A DNA stretch of 64,000 bases. Origin: an uncultured virus (IMG/VR IMGVR_UViG_3300037343_000250) (lineage: Duplodnaviria > Heunggongvirae > Uroviricota > Caudoviricetes). Position numbers and translations under genes: made by a program. The stretch is from IMG/VR virus record IMGVR_UViG_3300037343_000250, positions 1 through 64,000 of that record, one strand, 5' to 3'. Shown here in pieces: positions 58,667 through 64,000 of this stretch (positions are counted from its first letter, which is position 1; each line of letters begins with the position of its first letter). The notes under the pieces were generated by a model, which was not told the DNA's origin, ran no database searches, and worked only from the letters and a program-made list of their open reading frames with translations.

Positions 58667-59120
58667 ATGAACATCATAGTAAATTATTATTATTTTTGCT
58701 GGCAGCAGAAAACAATGATCCCACTATGCGTTTTGGGGTCTATACTATCCATGAAGCTATCAATAGTCTTGCATCAATACTCGAAACCACTCCAGACAAA
58801 TTACGAAAATCGTTAGAATAAAATTTTATTAGTTATCAAAGCTATTGACAGTGCAGTAAAAATAGTATAATTTTTTATTGTAACCAAAGTAAACAGAAAG
58901 AGACTTAAAATGAATGCTGATGAATTATCTGAGCTACTTAGCGAAAACTTCGCGTTGGATGTGGAAGTAATCCAAGGTTTTAATTGTAACGAAATACGGG
59001 TGCGTATTCGTAATATAAACACGGGACGTGATGTTCTAACAACCTCTGCTTATTTGCCAGACCCCGAACACCAATAGTAGAAGTGACACAGTTAATACAT
59101 TAAAATAGATAGGAAAAATA

Positions 59121-59881
59121 ATGGTTGAAGTAATTACAATTACAAAGTTCAAGTCAAAAAATGGATTGACATACGAAACGCATGATCTTGCAAAAAAAGC
59201 AGATGATGAATATGCTTTTAGCATGTGTGATATGGGCGCTACAGAGGTCAAAAATTACGAAAAAGAATTTGATATGTATATGAAACGGTTGACATCTTTG
59301 GTAGAAACTAACAGGACTTCTTTTCCTATGTTCTGGAGACTTATAGGAAAACACACTTCCGAAAACTTTATGGCAAATAGCTATGACCAAATAGAAGAAA
59401 TTGGTATGGCCATGTTTAGTACGAATTATCAGTATTATATCTCTGATGATGAAAAAACAAGAAGCATAGCAAAAAATATTATGGACAATTCAAACAAGAA
59501 AGCAGCGTATGCTTTCGTATGGGAACGCTCCAACAAAGGCTACGAATACGAAGATGTAGAAAAATTTACTGTCACAACTTTTGGCTGATGAAAATTATTA
59601 ACAGAAAAAGACACTTTATGTATTGACTAACCATTCAATCTGTCGTATACCTATTATGTAGAAAATAGTAAGGATTTAAAATGACAGGTGCTGAAAAATT
59701 AATTGCTTCTTTTTACTCGAAACCCGTTACTTTTTGTACCTCATCCGATGGATTTCGTGCGGTAGAAGTTTTTAATGTACACACATTTAGTTATGAAGTG
59801 CATGAAGTCCTTGTTTTGGCAGCGGAAATTATGAAATATAAGCGCATGATGAACCGCTTGCGCAACAAAAGAAACAAATAA
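59121..59881 (+). other. early hypothetical ORFs (59121-59588, 59681-59881)
   Basis: SD sequences and upstream TTGAC promoters. Confidence 0.6.
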
Positions 59882-59927
59882 TATTTTTATGTTGGCATGA
59901 AACCAGTATAAGATTTGGTGAGGCAAA

Positions 59928-60590
59928 ATGAGTAAAACAAGATATATAGGCGATGTACACGGCTACGTTCGCGAACTGCAATTGGTCCTGAACAATCTTC
60001 CTCAGGAAGTCACTTCTGTCGTTCAAGTTGGTGATATGGGCGTGGGGTTTGAAAAAAGCAAATATTGGCACACAAATCTTGATAATATGATGGTTCGCAA
60101 AAATGCAAAATTCATTCGAGGAAATCATGACTCGCCTAATGAATGTAAGAAGATGAAATCGTGGATTCCAGATTCTACAGTTATTAATGATGTAATGTAT
60201 ATGGGCGGTGCTTGGTCGATTGATCACCATTGGAGGACTATGGGTATTGACATGTGGGAGGATGAAGAACTCTCTTATGCTGATCTAAACATTGCTATCA
60301 ATATGTTTGAACTTGCACAGCCAAGAGTAATGGTTACGCACGATTGTCCTGCAGAGATCGCTCTCGAACTGTTTATCAAAACAGGGAACAGTTTAGGAGG
60401 TAAAAACCAATCCAAAACTAGGACCGCATCGGCACTACAGGCCATGTTTGAAGTCCACCAGCCCGATTTGCACATTTTTGGTCATTGGCACACTGATGTT
60501 GATAAAGTTGTAAATGGGACAAGATTTATTTGTCTTGGTGAACTCAGCTATTGTGATGTTGATGATGATACTCTTGAAGTTGCATGGTAA
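59928..60590 (+). CDS. metallophosphoesterase
   Basis: GDVHG; QVGDMG; RGNHD; GGAWSID; THDCP; FGHWH. Confidence 0.9.
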   Translation: MSKTRYIGDVHGYVRELQLVLNNLPQEVTSVVQVGDMGVGFEKSKYWHTNLDNMMVRKNAKFIRGNHDSPNECKKMKSWIPDSTVINDVMYMGGAWSIDHHWRTMGIDMWEDEELSYADLNIAINMFELAQPRVMVTHDCPAEIALELFIKTGNSLGGKNQSKTRTASALQAMFEVHQPDLHIFGHWHTDVDKVVNGTRFICLGELSYCDVDDDTLEVAW

Positions 60591-60626
60591 AAATAATATA
60601 ATCACTTTGAAATTAAGGAACATTTC

Positions 60627-60992
60627 ATGAAAAATTATAAAGTTGACAATTGGGTTATTATAAAATTTAATGGTGTGGAACCACACTATAGAGTTCTCAG
60701 TGGAAAATCAGGTGGCTACCTTGATGGTAGCAGTTGGTGCATGGAAAGCGGCATCATAAGTGTTAAAAGTAGAACTGACCATTATGTGAGTCTAGGCGAA
60801 AAGATAGAAATCTTTTTGTATGAATTTTTCAGCACAAGTGGTTCTTGTTACACTTGCAACAAAGAATCTTACGGTATCAAAATGAACAACGCATATGTTT
60901 GGGACAAGCTAAAAAAAATCCATGGGGATGAAGTCGAATTGATGAACGAAGATACAGATTGGCTGGACATTGATTGGCTGATCAAAGTATAG
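60627..60992 (+). CDS. hypothetical protein, paralog of ORF 53268
   Basis: DNWV...PHYRV.SG.SGGYL.G.SW..ESGI. Confidence 0.75.
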   Translation: MKNYKVDNWVIIKFNGVEPHYRVLSGKSGGYLDGSSWCMESGIISVKSRTDHYVSLGEKIEIFLYEFFSTSGSCYTCNKESYGIKMNNAYVWDKLKKIHGDEVELMNEDTDWLDIDWLIKV

Positions 60993-61194
60993 TATTATAA
61001 ATTTCAGTACTATAGTTGTTGGATTATAATCCAAGAACATTTTCAACAGTGTTTTCTAAATTAGCGATTGTTGCGTTGATTGCATTGTGGCCTATCACCT
61101 ATAAAAGAACGTAATATCTATTGACTTTGATCTACTGAAAAAGTATAGTTGACGCAACACTTCGATTAGCTTATAACAATAAAAGGTCTGTGAA

Positions 61195-62874
61195 ATGAAA
61201 GTTTATATTTACCTACATGACTGGCATGTTGATTATGATATGCACGGTACTAATATCGTCTGGGTGTCAGATGAACTACATCTACCAACTTATAATTCTA
61301 TAATTCAATGCTGTCACCGAGTGGAGTTCTGGGAAGACGGGATCAAACAATGGACTAAGGAACAAGTCGGAAAAATGTCACCAAATTGGATCTGATAAAC
61401 ATCTTTTGGCTAATTTTTATATGTGTATCGGAAAGCGCATGGAATTTAAAAACTACAAACCAAAGCATTACTCTGGAATGCCAGAAGAATTAAAGTCTTA
61501 TGATGAAGTGGAAGTTGTATTTTCGGATTCGGATGAGTCTTGGATTGACATTGCTTGTAACTTTGGGTGGAATAAATGTGATATTGTGAAATATAGAAAA
61601 GTGACAAAATGATAATAGATATAGAAACGATATTGTCGAATCAAAGAGGTTATAGCAAAGATATTATCTTTGGAACTTTTGACGAATTTATGATAATTGA
61701 TGAAACAGATTGGCTTTCTGAAAACATATCATTCATTGAACCTAAAGTTAAAGACTGGGAATCGCGCATTCCAGATAGTAATCCATTTAATAGATCAATA
61801 TCAAACCCGTCCGAAAAGACACGCGCAAAACTTCGCTCAAAAAGAAAGAATAAGAAATGAAAGATGCTTCGGAAAAATTTCATATTGAATTTGTGAAACT
61901 AGTAGAAAATAAACCCAATATAACCAGACAAGATTTCTTGGAACGTGTTCCTATGATCGGTGAAGAAGTATTGACTAACACAGATGGCTCGCAGGAAAAT
62001 TTTAACGGAAAAGTGACTAAAATCAGAACAGTTGTGGTGGATATGTTTTGCTATCATGTGGTCACATTGTCGGTAGAAAATGTAAGCTAAAAATATTGAA
62101 TTTATCAAAGAAGGAAATTAGTAATGGGATATTCACGCATTAGCCAAACCGCTAAAGACTTCTGGCCTGTCAATACGCCTACCGAATTGTATCTATATTT
62201 TCCTGATGGTTATGTCATCAGTGAAATTTTAAATATGGCTAAAGATCACTTTGGCGATGATTCTGATATCAATAATATCGAAATTAGCGCAGAATATATC
62301 CACACATCTGATATTAACTATGATCAATACGTTTCGTGTGACTATACAAACTTTATCGTATTGAAGAAAAAAGCACAAACTAATTAGGTGTGAGCCGAAA
62401 AAATATTGTCTATCGCCATAGAATATGTTATATTGATACTTGAAAATGAAAGAAACCAAATGAAACTAATTGCCATAGCATTACTGTCGTCCTTGATCTT
62501 GGCTGGGTGCAACGAAGAAGGCAATGATTATACTAAATCATTCACATCAGTTTGTCTTTCAGACGTTCAATACTGGTACAGGAATTCCTCGCATAAAGGA
62601 TTTCTTGCAGTAAGAATTGATTCCGAGACATTGCAGCCAATGCGCTGTATTCAGCATCAAAATTCCTATGAAGCTAATTGATAAACTCATGGATATAGAT
62701 GCCATGCTGTATGGTAAAGGCGGAACAAACTTTATCAATATTCGCATTGTGATGGATGATATTGATGATCTAGTTTTGGAAAAAAACAGCAATGCAATTA
62801 AATTTGCAGATAGTATGGAATTACTACATTCAGTATTAAAGAAAGTAACGGAAATAAAATCTGATAATAGGTAA
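61195..62874 (+). other. run of small hypothetical ORFs, including a predicted lipoprotein (about 62460-62681)
   Basis: packed + strand ORFs; MKLIAIALLSSLILAGC lipobox. Confidence 0.6.
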
Positions 62875-62893
62875 ATTTAAATAAGAGAATTAG

Positions 62894-63808
62894 ATGGGCT
62901 GTTGGAATGGAACTTGTGGACTTACTAACTTACCAATTCACGATGGCGAGAAGATGTATGTATTTCCTGTATTAGAAAACGACTTGAGTAGCTATCGCAG
63001 TCATTGCTACAGTAGTGCATTATACAAACCTATGCTTACACCATTCGTTTCTGTGTATAATGACTACGGCGCGGGCGAAGAATCTTCTGGCATTGCGCTA
63101 GACATTATTATGGAAAGCATTCAAGAAAATCTAGTGGAACTCGAAATTGGCAAAAACACCTATCACGACATTGCTGTTAAAAAAGAAGGATTTACAGTAG
63201 ATACATTCTTTGAAGCAGCACACGAGGATCGGCTTTTTGTGCAAGGATATGGTAAAAAGTCAGCGGTGTATTTTACAATGGTACGCAAAGATGTAGTTGA
63301 TAATATGTTTAATTCGTGGACATTTGATATGTATATGGGCGAGGGCAAGGCGGGCAATCCTTCCGACAGCTACGAACGTAATGTAACATATGCAAAACAG
63401 AGAGAATATATCCCTGAATTTATTGATACGATCAAATGTACCATAGAAGATGCCGATGATGAAATTTCAAAATATTTAGTAGCAAGTTCAATTAGGAATA
63501 TTTCAAATAAAATACCTATGCTAAAATATCTATGCTATTCGTTTGATAGTAGCGAACACTGGCGTCTCACTCAAATTGAACATAAACTTGTCGAATTTAT
63601 TACCAAAGGTCTTATTAATGATGCAATCGAGTTGGCAAGAATCCAACTGTTAGGAACAATGGTAAATAGAATGATGGGAAATACACGAAAAATATGGCTT
63701 CCGGTTATGCATCAAGGAAGTCAGAGTCAAAGTTACGATACATACAAGTATCTGAATGAATTAACTAGTGAAGTTATTGCGGAACGAGAAAGACTGTACG
63801 AGGAATAA
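62894..63808 (+). CDS. conserved-type phage hypothetical protein
   Basis: MGCWNGTCGLTNLPI..G...YNDYG...GSQ. Confidence 0.75.
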   Translation: MGCWNGTCGLTNLPIHDGEKMYVFPVLENDLSSYRSHCYSSALYKPMLTPFVSVYNDYGAGEESSGIALDIIMESIQENLVELEIGKNTYHDIAVKKEGFTVDTFFEAAHEDRLFVQGYGKKSAVYFTMVRKDVVDNMFNSWTFDMYMGEGKAGNPSDSYERNVTYAKQREYIPEFIDTIKCTIEDADDEISKYLVASSIRNISNKIPMLKYLCYSFDSSEHWRLTQIEHKLVEFITKGLINDAIELARIQLLGTMVNRMMGNTRKIWLPVMHQGSQSQSYDTYKYLNELTSEVIAERERLYEE

Positions 63809-64000
63809 ATGTGTTGACATGTTGTTATAAATAGTAGTAGCAAAAGGAGTTTTTGCATAATGAATAATAAAATTTACGGGACGCTTCCTATTGACATGGG
63901 AAAAGTAGAATTGAACCCTGCTGAAATGATGTTTTGGATGTACTGCCCGATTAAAGCACCTAATATGACACAAACGAAAATTCCTGAAAATTTAATGCAG

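Noticed and set aside
1..64000. CRISPR array, rRNA or IS transposase
   Set aside because: No regularly spaced repeat-spacer units, rRNA-like tracts or transposase motifs were seen.

Overview
AT-rich segment of a large T4-like (myovirus-type) phage genome, standard genetic code, almost entirely + strand. It uses host-type TTGACA-N17-TAnnnT early promoters and T4-type TATAAATA late promoters. 1-10 kb is a tRNA cluster (about 12 intact tRNAs plus atypical or broken ones and structured spacers) with two free-standing endonuclease genes and a PcyX/PcyA-like bilin reductase. 10-19 kb carries Dps, a phosphatase, an Alt-like ADP-ribosyltransferase, an outer-membrane beta-barrel, a circularly permuted two-piece tmRNA and a heme oxygenase. 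19-27 kb has gp33, gp32, UvsX and gp41. 28-37 kb has head/internal proteins and a lysis cassette. 37-46 kb has primase, two DNA methyltransferases, frd, td, nrdA and nrdB. 46-64 kb is small early genes, including a SleB-like hydrolase, YbaN, ClpP-like, PNK-like and Thg1-like genes. Main observations: (1) UvsX, gp41 and NrdA are each fractured by a different naturally split intein, two with an endonuclease gene between the halves. (2) A tRNA is broken at U33 by an antisense HNH gene. (3) An unannotated 44-aa early peptide copies the C-terminal tail of the Alt-like enzyme. (4) A dispersed heme/bilin/iron gene set. (5) A D-armless tRNA-Arg. (6) An amber-interrupted RSPP leader ORF. The permuted tmRNA and PcyX/HemO suggest an alphaproteobacterial host (inference). 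All family assignments come from reading motifs by eye; no database search was run.
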